NCBI GenBank assembly: GCA_023246355.1
Contig: JAHFIQ010000001.1
Location: 222,234 to 286,233 of the forward strand
Origin: Candidatus Uhrbacteria bacterium
Lineage (GTDB): Bacteria; Patescibacteriota; Patescibacteriia; UBA9934; GWF2-40-263
DNA: 64,000 nt
Direction: 5' to 3'
Shown here: positions 37,373 through 47,942 of the stretch, piece by piece
Numbering within the stretch: the first letter of the stretch is position 1
Layout of the letters: each line of letters begins with the position of its first letter
Program-made: the position numbers and the translations under genes
The notes under the pieces: model-generated
The model's database searches: none
What the model was told of the DNA's origin: nothing
The model's input: the letters and a program-made list of their open reading frames with translations, nothing else

Positions 37373-39106
37373 ATGTCTCGCAAGACCATAACCAACAAAC
37401 AGATCGTCGATGTCCTGCGCGAAATAGCGCTGTATCTTCGGGCACAGGATGTGGCGTTCAAGCCGCAAGCCTACGAAATCGCCGCAGAGGGAATCGCGGG
37501 GTTAGAAACAGAACTCTCTGCCCTCTTTGCCGCGTGTGGAAAAAAATGCATTGATGACATTCCTGGCGTCGGTGAATCGATCGCAGAAAAGATCGAGGAG
37601 ATTTTGACGACCGGCAGGCTCGCCTATTACCAACAGCTCAAAAAAAAATTTCCCTTTGACATGCTCGCCCTTTCGCAAATCCAGGAAGTCGGTCCGAAGA
37701 CCGCGATGAAACTGTTCAAAACACTCCACATCAAAACCGTGCGAGATCTGGAACGCGCTGGTGCGACACACAAAATCGAACAGGTCCCTGGCCTCGGACA
37801 CAAAAGTGAACAGAAGATCATGCGCGGGATTGCTTTCTTAAAAACCGCAGGTGGCCGACGTGTCATCCACGATGTTCTTCCCTATGCACAGCGTCTCGTG
37901 CATCGTCTGCAAAAAGTCGAAGGCGTGACACACCTCGATGTAGCTGGATCTCTGCGCCGTCGCAAAGAAACCATCGGGGACATCGATCTTATCGCCACAA
38001 CCACACAGCCGAGAAAACTTATTCGCACCTTCACGTCTCTCCCTGAAATCACGGAGGTTCTCGAGTCCGGTGAGACAAAAATCGCGGTGCGCTATTCCAA
38101 TGGGTTGAGTGGTGATCTGCTGATCCTTGAACCAGAGCACTACGGCACCGCTCTCCTGCACTTTACCGGCAGTCGTGAACACAACATTCTCTTGCGCGAG
38201 TTGGCCATCAAGAAAAAAATGAAGCTCTCTGAGCATGGTCTGTTCAGAAAACAAACACGTGTCACATGTCGTACAGAGGAAGCCGTGTATCAAGCGCTCG
38301 GACTCCAGTTTATTCCTCCCGAGTTGCGCACAGGTCGCGACGAGATCGAACTCGCACAGCGCAAAAAAATCCCTGAACTCATCCGCTTCGGCAGTCTCAA
38401 GGGAGATCTCCAAGTCCAAACCAGCTGGACCGATGGTTCTGCTTCTATCGAAGAAATGGCTCGTGCGGCCAAAGCCTGTGGACTCTCCTACATGGGGGTC
38501 ACTGATCACACAAAGGCGCTTGCCATGACAGGAGGACTGGATGAAAAAGCCCTACGTCGTCAAGGAAAAGAAATCGATCGTCTCAACAAAAGACAACGGG
38601 GCTTCCGCATTTTGAAATCGACTGAGTGTGATATTTTGAGAGATGGAACATTGGATCTTCATGATGATGCTCTGAGCACTCTTGATCTGGTCTGTGTCTC
38701 CGTCCACTCCCACTTTACGCTACCCAAACGCGAGATGACTGAGCGCATTATCCGCGCTCTCAAGCATCCCCTCGTGAATATCTTTTTCCATCCCACCGGC
38801 CGAGTCGTTGGCAGACGTGAACCCTACCAAGTCGACATGGATCGCGTAATCCGCGCCGCCAAGCAGTTCAACGTCGCGCTGGAAATCAACGGATCAGAAC
38901 GTCTTGACCTCCATGAACACTACATCCGTGCGTGTCTCAACATCGGGACAAAGCTCGTTGTCAATTCAGACGCGCACAACCCTTCACACTTCGCAGAACA
39001 TCTTGACCACGGCGTGGCTCAAGCCCGTAAGGGTTGGGCAACCCAGGCCGATATCTTAAACACAAAACCGCTCAAGCAATTCTTGGCGGCTCTGAGGAAG
39101 AAATAA
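37373..39106 (+). CDS. polX: family X DNA polymerase with C-terminal PHP domain (PolX)
   Basis: HhH motifs, VAGSLRRRKETIGDIDLIA (Pol beta palm) and a C-terminal PHP histidine cluster. Confidence 0.8.
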   Translation: MSRKTITNKQIVDVLREIALYLRAQDVAFKPQAYEIAAEGIAGLETELSALFAACGKKCIDDIPGVGESIAEKIEEILTTGRLAYYQQLKKKFPFDMLALSQIQEVGPKTAMKLFKTLHIKTVRDLERAGATHKIEQVPGLGHKSEQKIMRGIAFLKTAGGRRVIHDVLPYAQRLVHRLQKVEGVTHLDVAGSLRRRKETIGDIDLIATTTQPRKLIRTFTSLPEITEVLESGETKIAVRYSNGLSGDLLILEPEHYGTALLHFTGSREHNILLRELAIKKKMKLSEHGLFRKQTRVTCRTEEAVYQALGLQFIPPELRTGRDEIELAQRKKIPELIRFGSLKGDLQVQTSWTDGSASIEEMARAAKACGLSYMGVTDHTKALAMTGGLDEKALRRQGKEIDRLNKRQRGFRILKSTECDILRDGTLDLHDDALSTLDLVCVSVHSHFTLPKREMTERIIRALKHPLVNIFFHPTGRVVGRREPYQVDMDRVIRAAKQFNVALEINGSERLDLHEHYIRACLNIGTKLVVNSDAHNPSHFAEHLDHGVAQARKGWATQADILNTKPLKQFLAALRKK

Positions 39107-39107
39107 A

Positions 39108-39923
39108 TCACATGGCGGCACCTGCAATGCGATCTGTCACACGTGTGAAGCTTTCAAACCCTGGAAGTTGCGCCACACGATTATTCACGTATGTCTTGAT
39201 CATGTCCACTCCGTCTTTTCCACTGAACAGAGTGCGGATGACCACATTCGATTCCGCCTCGGTCTTCACCCCTTCCCCAACGGGCCTCCAAAATTTTTCA
39301 ACAAGATAGCGAGCGAGCTGCTGGCGCAGTGGATGCTCCTTCAAATGAATGCGCGCCACACTCCAGTAAAACAGTGAGTGCTTCGCTTCCTCACGCGCAA
39401 TGGCTTTCAAAAGATATTCAAGAACCGGATGACCTGAGAGTTCCCAGAGTCGACGATAGCCTGTCAGAGTGGAGTATTCGTGAATCGCTCCCCAGGTCAT
39501 GTGCACGCTCGTAAAGTTTTTACCAAATGGGAGCGTCATCCATTCTTGGATTTTGCTGCGCAAACGATAGGAAACCGTAAGACGATCAAATCCTTTTTTC
39601 TTCCAGTCTGCTTCCTGCGGACAACCAGCCTCTTCTAAAAACCGACTGAGGATCGCTCCGTGCATGGGCTCTTCTTCCACCCACTGCTCCATGAACTGAC
39701 GAATGATCGGATCTTTCCCTGTTGCGCTTTTCATGAGCTCGGCAAAATACCGCTCGGTCATCGTCTCGATGTCGCGCATGTACAACAGGACCGGAAAAAA
39801 CTTCTCATCAATGGGATGACGCTTCACCTCATTCCACGGCACCGAATCTAAAAAAGCCTTGGTGATCACCCGCTCACCACTCTGGTACCATGTGAGTGCT
39901 TCCTCTGCTGTCTCAAATAACAT
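39108..39923 (-). CDS. ferritin-like di-iron protein, hypothetical
   Basis: Two E..H motifs (EEEPMHG, REEAKHS) spaced as in di-iron carboxylate proteins. Confidence 0.4.
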   Translation of the reverse strand: MLFETAEEALTWYQSGERVITKAFLDSVPWNEVKRHPIDEKFFPVLLYMRDIETMTERYFAELMKSATGKDPIIRQFMEQWVEEEPMHGAILSRFLEEAGCPQEADWKKKGFDRLTVSYRLRSKIQEWMTLPFGKNFTSVHMTWGAIHEYSTLTGYRRLWELSGHPVLEYLLKAIAREEAKHSLFYWSVARIHLKEHPLRQQLARYLVEKFWRPVGEGVKTEAESNVVIRTLFSGKDGVDMIKTYVNNRVAQLPGFESFTRVTDRIAGAAM

Positions 39924-39948
39924 AGTTGTCCCATCTTAACGTGATTGC

Positions 39949-40695
39949 ATGCTCCGTCAAGCTCAGAGTCCCTTTGAAGAAATAGAACGACACTTGCGTG
40001 GTCGAGTCGAGCCTGATCCGATCTACAAAGCGTTTCGTGAAAAGACGTCGAAGCTGAACGTTTTAGGATTGCGTTTGCCAATCATCCAGGAAATAGAGCA
40101 GACCGGTTTCTCTTTTTACAAAAACCCTCAGAATGAAATCCTGAACGTCTGGGATCACGTCTGGAACACAGCAACGACCCATGAAGTGATGTATCTGCCA
40201 CTCTTTTACTATCGTCGACACCGGACAGAACTTGATCCTCCTCACTGGCGCGTAATGAAGCAGTGGATCAACCGTGTGGAAAACTGGGAGCATGCGGATG
40301 CTCTGTGCCAACTCTATTCGATTTTTTTCGAGCGATATCCAAAGTTGGTCTTGCCAACACTCAAAACATGGAATCACTCCAAGAATCCTTGGAAGCGCCG
40401 CGCGTCAGTCGTCTCGACGATCTATTATGCCTCGCCTCGGCGCAAGGCCCCACCCATGAAGAGCGTTTTCTCACTCATCAAGCCGCTCGTCCTGGACACA
40501 AACGTCTACGTCCAAAAAGCCGTGGGTTGGCAGCTACGTGAAGCCTACAAGCTATGGCCACAAGAGACGCTCACCTTCCTCAAGAAACATCTTCTGGCTC
40601 TGAGTGCGATCAGCTTTTCCTACGCAACAGAAAAACTCACAACACACGAAAAAACGCCACTAAAACAGCGACGCCAGATCGAACGCAAAAAATAA
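39949..40695 (+). CDS. DNA alkylation repair protein (AlkD-like HEAT-repeat glycosylase family)
   Basis: NVWDHVWNT...WNHSKNPWKRRASV pattern of PF08713. Confidence 0.55.
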   Translation: MLRQAQSPFEEIERHLRGRVEPDPIYKAFREKTSKLNVLGLRLPIIQEIEQTGFSFYKNPQNEILNVWDHVWNTATTHEVMYLPLFYYRRHRTELDPPHWRVMKQWINRVENWEHADALCQLYSIFFERYPKLVLPTLKTWNHSKNPWKRRASVVSTIYYASPRRKAPPMKSVFSLIKPLVLDTNVYVQKAVGWQLREAYKLWPQETLTFLKKHLLALSAISFSYATEKLTTHEKTPLKQRRQIERKK

Positions 40696-40780
40696 AAACT
40701 TTTTTTGCGATCGCAAAAAATTCCAAACGTTTTTTCGATCGTCAAAAATAAGACCCCGGACGTGTTCCGGGGATGATGTC

Positions 40781-41302
40781 TCATGGCCAGGTGATCGTGG
40801 GAGTCTCGGAGCCCGATCGAATGCGGGAGGCCACGTGACTGAACACCCGCAAGCTGGAGCAGAAGTCGATCGCGAGCCTGTGGCGTACCACACCTTCCTT
40901 GAGGGTCTCGATGGAGACGACAGCCTTGACGACCTCGTCTGTGTTCTCGACATGTATCTCGTACTCACCATTCTGGATCCCGGCGACGGACTCGAAGTAG
41001 ACGACACCGGACACGACTTTGACAGGGTACGTGCCAACATCGAGAAGGTAGTCAGGTGGCATGAACCCACCTGGATCATAGGCGATCTTCCGTCCATTGC
41101 CCTCCTGGACATAGAACACTTGAGCCTGTTTGTCCCAAAAGATGAAGCCGCAGGCCTCAGGCAGACCGATCCTCTTTGCGTTCTTCCTCATCCAGTCGTT
41201 CTTTCCCGTCCAGGAGTCGAAACCCTCCTCCAACCTCCGACGGTCTTCGTCGGTAAGCCTGAACGGCGACATGTCGAGGTAGAACCGAATCAACGCTTCC
41301 AT
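40781..41302 (-). CDS. high-GC hypothetical protein (173 aa)
   Basis: About 60% GC; CAGGAG SD before MEALIRFY. Confidence 0.45.
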   Translation of the reverse strand: MEALIRFYLDMSPFRLTDEDRRRLEEGFDSWTGKNDWMRKNAKRIGLPEACGFIFWDKQAQVFYVQEGNGRKIAYDPGGFMPPDYLLDVGTYPVKVVSGVVYFESVAGIQNGEYEIHVENTDEVVKAVVSIETLKEGVVRHRLAIDFCSSLRVFSHVASRIRSGSETPTITWP

Positions 41303-41439
41303 GACTTGCTCCTGTCATGTGGAGAATTCCTGCCATGATGGTCAGGGCCACTCTGACACAGAGAACCTACTTGAATAACGAAAATAAGACAAGACTCTAA
41401 CTTCACGCCCACAAAAAACTCTGCTAACCTTCCGCACAT

Positions 41440-41525
41440 GGGCGAGTGGCGGAATGGTATACGCAGGGGACTTAAAATCCCCAGAGGGCAACCTCATGAG
41501 GGTTCGACTCCCTCCTCGCCTACCA
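41440..41525 (+). tRNA. tRNA-Leu (anticodon TAA)
   Basis: Long variable arm; anticodon loop cTTAAAa; CCA encoded. Confidence 0.8.
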
Positions 41526-41529
41526 AGAT

Positions 41530-42546
41530 ATGATCGAACGAGAAGAGAGGGAGATACCGGAAACGGTCGTGAACACACAAGCTCCCACGGAAGAGCGGGA
41601 ATTTGAGGTTGGACTGCGGCCCCAGACCCTGCAGGATTTTGTGGGCCAGGAAGACATCAAAGAAAATTTGTCGATTTTTATCGAAGCAGCAAAAAAACGT
41701 GGAGAGGCACCTGAACACGTCATGCTCTATGGCAACCCGGGGCTAGGCAAAACCACACTCGCCCACATCATTGCCAACGAGATGGGGTCCCAGATTCGTA
41801 TCACGTCGGGGCCTGCCCTTGAACGCGTCGGCGACCTGGCCGCGATTCTCTCCAACATGGGACGTGGCGATGTGTTGTTCATTGACGAGATCCACCGCAT
41901 GAACAAAACGATTGAAGAAGTCCTCTACCCTGCCATGGAAGACTTCGCACTCGATATCATTGTTGGCAAAGGCCCAACCGCGCGCACCCTGCGCCTCAAC
42001 CTGGAACGCTTTACCATCATCGGCGCGACAACAAGACTCTCGCTTCTGTCTTCGCCACTACGCGATCGTTTTGGCGTAACGCATCACTTAAACTTCTACG
42101 AGGAAGCGGATATTAGTCGCATCATTTCCCGCAGCGCAAAACTCTTAAACGTCGAGCTCGATGGGGATGCCATGGACCTCCTTTCCAGGAGATCTCGCCG
42201 CACGCCCCGCATTGCCAACCGTCTGCTGCGACGCGTACGTGATTTTGCCGATGTGCGAGCACAAGGTCGCATCTCGCCTCAAGTCTGCGAAGATGCGATG
42301 AAGATGCTACACGTCGACCATCTGGGACTCGACCAAACCGACCGACGTATTTTGCAAACCATCATCGAAAAATTTAACGGTGGTCCCGTGGGTCTTTCCA
42401 CCATCGCCGCCGCCACCCAAGAAGAAATGGAAACGATTGAAGACGTCCACGAACCCTTTCTCATCCAAATTGGATTTTTGACTCGCACTCCTCGTGGACG
42501 CATGGTCACCGAACACGCTTACACGCATTTGAAGCTTGAGGAGTAG
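41530..42546 (+). CDS. ruvB: Holliday junction branch-migration helicase RuvB
   Basis: Walker [20 protein letters not shown]; [10 protein letters not shown]; C-terminal winged helix. Confidence 0.9.
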   Translation: MIEREEREIPETVVNTQAPTEEREFEVGLRPQTLQDFVGQEDIKENLSIFIEAAKKRGEAPEHVMLYGNPGLGKTTLAHIIANEMGSQIRITSGPALERVGDLAAILSNMGRGDVLFIDEIHRMNKTIEEVLYPAMEDFALDIIVGKGPTARTLRLNLERFTIIGATTRLSLLSSPLRDRFGVTHHLNFYEEADISRIISRSAKLLNVELDGDAMDLLSRRSRRTPRIANRLLRRVRDFADVRAQGRISPQVCEDAMKMLHVDHLGLDQTDRRILQTIIEKFNGGPVGLSTIAAATQEEMETIEDVHEPFLIQIGFLTRTPRGRMVTEHAYTHLKLEE

Positions 42547-42596
42547 CAAGTATACTTGCTACTTGATACTTGCTACTTGCTCCTTTTATCTGTGAT
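42547..42596 (+). terminator. terminator hairpin with tandem TACTTGC heptads
   Basis: Perfect palindrome AGTAGCAAGTA|TACTTGCTACT, then TTGATACTTGCTACTTGCTCC TTTT. Confidence 0.55.
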
Positions 42597-42601
42597 ACAA
42601 T

Positions 42602-42895
42602 TTGGACAGTATGTTCGATCTTCCAAATTTCAGCATTCCCATCTACGTGTTTCTTTTTGTGTTCGCCGCCTACATGCTTTTTTATGTTCTCTACGCCCTG
42701 TTCAATATTTATCACCTCATTCGCTACGGCGTGTACGGCCTTGGTCTCTACCTCATCGTAACCATCTTCACCGGTGGCACCATTATTTTAGTCGCTGGAT
42801 CCGTCTTCCTACTTATGGACTATGATTGGCTCCATCCCATCACCTTCGGCGACGCGGTTGATTACTACAACGAAGATCTTTTTCCAAACTTATGA
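42602..42895 (+). CDS. small membrane protein
   Basis: Three predicted TM helices; overlaps the next gene (ATGA). Confidence 0.4.
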   Translation: MDSMFDLPNFSIPIYVFLFVFAAYMLFYVLYALFNIYHLIRYGVYGLGLYLIVTIFTGGTIILVAGSVFLLMDYDWLHPITFGDAVDYYNEDLFPNL

Positions 42896-43473
42896 TGCGC
42901 CTTGATCGTCTCCCCAATCAACGACCTGATGAACGCGTCGTCTTATTCCTGAGGCGACACTGGTTTGCGATTCTCTCAATCGCCACGGCTTTTACTCTAC
43001 TCACAAGCGTGCCGCTGCTGCTTGGATGGTTTTTTTGGGATACGGTGCAGGGGTGGACAGAGCAGGAAGTGCTGGGGCCAATCATCGTGATCATCGGCAG
43101 CATCTATTTTCTCTCTGTCTGGCTCTTTGCCTTTCTGGAATTCACGGATTATTACCTGGACACGTGGATCATCACCAGCGAACGGATCATCAACATCGAA
43201 CAACAAGGGCTGTTCAACCGCACAGCATCAGAATTAGACCTCGCATCTGTCCAAGACACCACAGCTGAAATCCGCGGCATCTGGCAGACCTTGTTTACCT
43301 ACGGCAATGTCTTTGTTCAAACCGGTGGAGAAAAAGCACGATTCCATTTCAAAAATATTGACAACCCGGAACACGTAAAGGAGCTGATCAACGCCTTGGT
43401 CGAGGAGGATAAACAACGACTCAGCATGCTGGGCGCTGGCGGGAAAGGCAAAATGAAAACGATGATCAAATAA
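42892..43473 (+). CDS. bacterial PH-domain (bPH_2/YdbT-like) membrane protein
   Basis: Two N-terminal TM helices followed by a PH-like domain pattern. Confidence 0.45.
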   Translation: MMRLDRLPNQRPDERVVLFLRRHWFAILSIATAFTLLTSVPLLLGWFFWDTVQGWTEQEVLGPIIVIIGSIYFLSVWLFAFLEFTDYYLDTWIITSERIINIEQQGLFNRTASELDLASVQDTTAEIRGIWQTLFTYGNVFVQTGGEKARFHFKNIDNPEHVKELINALVEEDKQRLSMLGAGGKGKMKTMIK

Positions 43474-43491
43474 GAGGCAGGGGCCTCTTAT

Positions 43492-44559
43492 TTAGTTTTG
43501 CTTCTGCCAGGCGTACGACTCCCAGGCCCAGTCCGCAAGACGCTCAGCGTTCACAAAAGAGTCACTGCGCGAGTCAGCGCCAAATAAGACAATCAAAAGC
43601 TCTCGATCTGTGTCTGCGCCATCCGGACGCAACGCTACAACCAAATTCCATCCAGACTCTATCAGGTATCCTGTCTTGCCACCGGTCACATAGACATCAT
43701 CATACTCGGGTTTGTAAATCATCCAATTCGTGGTGGTCATTTTTTTGGTAGTGCCTTGAGTGATATCCGTGATGTATTTGATATACGTCGAAGTGAAGCG
43801 AGCAACCTCCTGACGAGCAAGAATGTCCGAGGCGAGGCGAGCCATCTCCCGTGCGGTGGAGACGTTGCCAAGCTCAATCCCGGTTGGGTCGACAAAACGT
43901 GTGTGGGTGAGGTTGAGGGCAGCTGCACGAATGTTCATCTCGCTCACAAAATCCTTCTTGGATAAACCGGTCGCACGAGACAGCGCGTTGGCGGCATTAT
44001 TCGCAGATCCGACAAGCGCCGCATAGAACAAATCCTGAATCGTAAACTGATCCCCATCGTACACCGAAAGCTTTGCTCCACCGACATCATCCTGTGATTG
44101 AATATCCGCGACCGTACTCATGGAAACTCCCTCGTCGAGGACCACATCTGCTGTCACCAATTTCGTGAGGCTCGCGATCGGCCAAACCCGATTCTCATTT
44201 TTGACCGTCAGAATTTTTCCTGTGGATCGATCCATCACCACATACGACTGTGCTTGAATTTCTGATTCAATTTCTGTTGCGTCCACACGCACAGGAATGC
44301 CATCATCTTGCTCCGGTCCATACGCAGCCAGTGTCTCATCCTCCTGCCAGCCGTACTGCACCGCCCAATCTTCCAAGTCCAAAAGAAACCCAGCCGCTGT
44401 GCCTGGTATGGCCAGACCTGTTTTACGATCAAACGCGGCTTGGAGATCTGGACGGTGTTCGTACACGTTCATGAGTGCGTCTGTCTGAGCCAAAAGCGCC
44501 GTCGGAAAAACGACGGCGATCAGAAGTCCGATAAAACTGAAAGGTCGAATTATTCCCAT
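43492..44559 (-). CDS. dacA: D-alanyl-D-alanine carboxypeptidase (S11, PBP5/DacA-like)
   Basis: SLTK (SxxK), SAN and KTG motifs; signal peptide from MGIIRPFSFIGLL. Confidence 0.75.
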   Translation of the reverse strand: MGIIRPFSFIGLLIAVVFPTALLAQTDALMNVYEHRPDLQAAFDRKTGLAIPGTAAGFLLDLEDWAVQYGWQEDETLAAYGPEQDDGIPVRVDATEIESEIQAQSYVVMDRSTGKILTVKNENRVWPIASLTKLVTADVVLDEGVSMSTVADIQSQDDVGGAKLSVYDGDQFTIQDLFYAALVGSANNAANALSRATGLSKKDFVSEMNIRAAALNLTHTRFVDPTGIELGNVSTAREMARLASDILARQEVARFTSTYIKYITDITQGTTKKMTTTNWMIYKPEYDDVYVTGGKTGYLIESGWNLVVALRPDGADTDRELLIVLFGADSRSDSFVNAERLADWAWESYAWQKQN

Positions 44560-46466
44560 CGTTGATTCAGTTGAATCCCTGTATAAAAGTAAGGCAAAAT
44601 TTCCTCCCATGTGCTTCCCTCGTTGGCCATGCACAAAGCCTCTGTGGCACTCATGCCAACCCCATGGCCCCACAGCGTGTATCCACGTTTTTTATCGCAC
44701 GGCGCATCAACCCCTTTGAGCCATGCCACGTCTCCACCCCAAACTTCGCTCCAACTTCTGGTACGCCCATCCGAACGAGAAAAGTACGGCGTGAGCGCGG
44801 TGCGGCCGTCGTAATTCACCGTCACACCACGCGTGTCATCGACGGCTTGTTTGATGAGTGGATTATTTTTTTCATACTCATACCCGAAGTACACTTGGTC
44901 ATCGGCGTAGGAATTCATGGTGAAATACTCATCCGCATGTTTGGTTCCACGCTCCCAGTGATACAACGCATACGTCCTGGCAACGGTGATGAGCGCCTTT
45001 TTAAATTCCTCATGGCTGGCGTTGGATGTTTCGCCCAGTCCATACAAATACTCTTCGATCGGAAGTTCGTTGATGAGCCAGGTGCGATCATGGGCGCTGT
45101 TATAGCGCAGCTCAAGCACATCGCGAAACTGGTTGAGGGCATAGGCCGCACCACGCGTTTCTCGTCGATCAAAGTTTTCAACCGTACACACGGCGTCTTC
45201 ATCGTTTGGCACAAAACGGAGATACTTGTAAGTCTGCTCAATCGCTTTTCCGCGATTGAAATAGTAGCGCTGATTTTTGTAAAACGCGCGGACCATGTCC
45301 CCCGCATCTATCTGACCGAGCAAACCTCCCTCTGAGTCCAGAAGCTTCCAATCTGAATCACACGAAACTTCCACTTGCCAATCTGTTTCCTCATCCACGA
45401 TCAGCACGCCGATTCTCATCGTGGGCTCGTCAATCATTCTGTCTGCCTGAACATCGTCCTCATCCACAGAGAGCGGCTCGTCTTTGATCTCGTCTGATCC
45501 TTCGGTCACGGTCACGGGAATGTCGATTTCAAAATCTGGAATGACTTCATCATCGACCGCGATCTTGTAGCTCACCGTATGCGTACCATTGGTTGAAGGA
45601 GCGGTGAAAGTAAAAGTGAAAAAATCCAGACCACCTGGCTTCACAGATCCTGAATCATTCACGACCAGCTGAGTAGAAGACACCCACGTGGCGTGCGCTG
45701 TTTCGTCCTCATCTGAGGAAGCAATCGCAAAATCGCTCGTGACAATTTCACGCTTTTGCCAAGTCGCTGTACCGGTATTTTTCACCCCGACTTTATAGGA
45801 CACGGAAGCTCCGGCTTTTGCCGATACGGATTTTGCTGAACGCAAAAGGACAGTCGCAGACAAGCCGTTTGATTCAGGTGATGCCTGTCCGTCTGCGAGC
45901 GATGGATCATCTTGTTGCTGAGCAACGACATCCTCCTCACCATCCTCTACCTTGATGGTCAACGTAAACTCCCCCCCAGGAATCCAAGCCGTATCCTCAG
46001 CAGCCAACTGGAACGTTTCTTCATAGGTGCCTTCTGATTTTGGTGCCTTGAGCGTCAAGTAAATACTCCCAACACCTCCAACAGACACAGACGATTCTTT
46101 CAAAAGGGCCGCTTGCGTGTAATCCACCCAATCATCGGCGCGAAAATCGCTCACGCGATATTTTGGATCGTAGGTGTAAATAGAAACGTAGGAGGAGCCA
46201 GAATTCGTCCATGTTTTTGTTCCGATGTTTTTGAAGGTCATGAGGACTTGGGTTTGCTCGCCCGGTTCCATGGTGAATCCGGACTTGGGCATAGACACTT
46301 GCAGGGCTTCAAATCCGTTCTTCGCCGCTGCCTCGGCCTGGCTGGGTAACAAAAAAAGTCCTCCCAAGATGAAGAACAGTGAAATCAAAACCAACGAAAT
46401 GTTCGAGGTTCTCACGTCAGATGCAGCAAAATCTTTCGCGAGCCGTGGAATCATAGGTACGGTCAT
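44550..46466 (-). CDS. SpoIID/LytB-domain protein with N-terminal Ig-like domains
   Basis: C-terminal SpoIID domain with GHGVGMS; signal peptide. Confidence 0.7.
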   Translation of the reverse strand: MTVPMIPRLAKDFAASDVRTSNISLVLISLFFILGGLFLLPSQAEAAAKNGFEALQVSMPKSGFTMEPGEQTQVLMTFKNIGTKTWTNSGSSYVSIYTYDPKYRVSDFRADDWVDYTQAALLKESSVSVGGVGSIYLTLKAPKSEGTYEETFQLAAEDTAWIPGGEFTLTIKVEDGEEDVVAQQQDDPSLADGQASPESNGLSATVLLRSAKSVSAKAGASVSYKVGVKNTGTATWQKREIVTSDFAIASSDEDETAHATWVSSTQLVVNDSGSVKPGGLDFFTFTFTAPSTNGTHTVSYKIAVDDEVIPDFEIDIPVTVTEGSDEIKDEPLSVDEDDVQADRMIDEPTMRIGVLIVDEETDWQVEVSCDSDWKLLDSEGGLLGQIDAGDMVRAFYKNQRYYFNRGKAIEQTYKYLRFVPNDEDAVCTVENFDRRETRGAAYALNQFRDVLELRYNSAHDRTWLINELPIEEYLYGLGETSNASHEEFKKALITVARTYALYHWERGTKHADEYFTMNSYADDQVYFGYEYEKNNPLIKQAVDDTRGVTVNYDGRTALTPYFSRSDGRTRSWSEVWGGDVAWLKGVDAPCDKKRGYTLWGHGVGMSATEALCMANEGSTWEEILPYFYTGIQLNQRWE

Positions 46467-46522
46467 AGGATAGCATTTTTTTCACCTCTCGTCAAAACGA
46501 TTGTGCTACACTTGACGCAGTT

Positions 46523-47941
46523 ATGACCACGGGAACATCTCTCGCACGCAACTTTTCGATCCAACTGAGTGGAAAAATCCTCTCGGTCTTGATTGGACTT
46601 CTCTCCGTGGCCATCATCACGCGAGCGCTTGGCACCTCTGCCTTCGGTGAGTTCACCACGTCCACGACCTACTTACAGATGTTTGGAAGTGTGGTGGATT
46701 TTGGCCTCACCCTCACGCTTATCGTGATGATTTCGGAAACCGGAGCTGACGAACCACGCATCGTAGGAAATTTTTTTGGCCTCCGTCTGTTGTCGGGATT
46801 CATCCTGTTTACGCTGGCGCCACTCACCGTGCTGTTCTTTCCCTGGTCCGCGGCCATCAAACAAGCTGTGTTCATTGGAGCGTTTGCCTACTTTCTCATG
46901 GGCGGTGCCACCATGCTCGTGGGAGTCTTCCAACGTCATGAAAGCATGTGGCGCGCGGCGATCGCCGAGCTCGTGAACCGTGGTGTGCTCGTCCTCTTTG
47001 TCGGATTGTTTGCTCTCACTTCCCCGAGCGTTGCTGTCATGATGGTCGCCAGTGTAATCGCCAACTTTATTTGGCTGATGTTGATGGTCCGCTTCGCCCA
47101 TCCCTTTGTTCATGTACAGCCGCTCTTTGAGTGGAACGAGTGGAAAAAAATCATCTCGCGCTCCTGGCCCATTGCTGTGTCCATTATCTTTAACCTACTC
47201 TACTTAAAAGGTGACATTTTATTTCTTGCCTATTTCCGCAGTCAGACAGACGTTGGACTCTACGGGATGAGCTACCGCATCATCGATGTGCTCACGGTTC
47301 TCCCCGTGATGTTCATGGGTCTCGTCCTTCCAAGTCTGGTTGCTGCCTGGAGCGCGGGGCGCAAAGAGGAATTTCGTTTGCGTGTGGCCAGAACCTTTGA
47401 CGTGTTTGTGATGGCGATTGTCCCACTTATCATCGGCGCACAACTGGTTGCGACCAAACTGATTGTCTTGATCGCGGGAGACCGTTTTGCGCAGGCTGGT
47501 CCTGTGCTTGCTGTGCTTATCCTGGCTCTCATTGGCATTTACGGCGGAGCCTTGTACGGACATCTGGTGGTTGCCATCCATCGACAAAAACAGATGACCT
47601 GGGGCTACGTGTCTGTGGCGATCCTCTCGATCATCGGCTACCTCTTTTTCATTCCTCCCTATGGAATCTGGGGGGCTGTTGCTGTGACGCTATTCTCAGA
47701 AGCCTGTATCGCGCTTATCACCTTTCTGGTTGTCTATCGCGTCACAGGATCCCTTCCGCATCTTACGGTCACGCTAAAATCTCTCATCGCTGGGACGGTG
47801 ATGTTTCTTGTGCTCAAACATATTCCTGAAACACATGTAGTAATCGATCTGCTCGTTGGGGCATCCGTCTATGGTGCTGTCCTGCTCGCTCTGAAAGCCG
47901 TCACGATCACTGAGCTCAAATCACTGTTGCCTACACGATAG
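46523..47941 (+). CDS. MOP-superfamily polysaccharide/lipid-II flippase (Wzx/MurJ-like)
   Basis: About 14 predicted TM helices; PST-family N-terminal pattern. Confidence 0.55.
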   Translation: MTTGTSLARNFSIQLSGKILSVLIGLLSVAIITRALGTSAFGEFTTSTTYLQMFGSVVDFGLTLTLIVMISETGADEPRIVGNFFGLRLLSGFILFTLAPLTVLFFPWSAAIKQAVFIGAFAYFLMGGATMLVGVFQRHESMWRAAIAELVNRGVLVLFVGLFALTSPSVAVMMVASVIANFIWLMLMVRFAHPFVHVQPLFEWNEWKKIISRSWPIAVSIIFNLLYLKGDILFLAYFRSQTDVGLYGMSYRIIDVLTVLPVMFMGLVLPSLVAAWSAGRKEEFRLRVARTFDVFVMAIVPLIIGAQLVATKLIVLIAGDRFAQAGPVLAVLILALIGIYGGALYGHLVVAIHRQKQMTWGYVSVAILSIIGYLFFIPPYGIWGAVAVTLFSEACIALITFLVVYRVTGSLPHLTVTLKSLIAGTVMFLVLKHIPETHVVIDLLVGASVYGAVLLALKAVTITELKSLLPTR

Positions 47942-47942
47942 T

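Noticed and set aside
40781-41302. Possibility that the 173-aa high-GC protein is an SMI1/KNR4-type immunity protein
   Set aside because: The resemblance is only vague (a hydrophobic core following an N-terminal acidic segment); there is no motif-level support.
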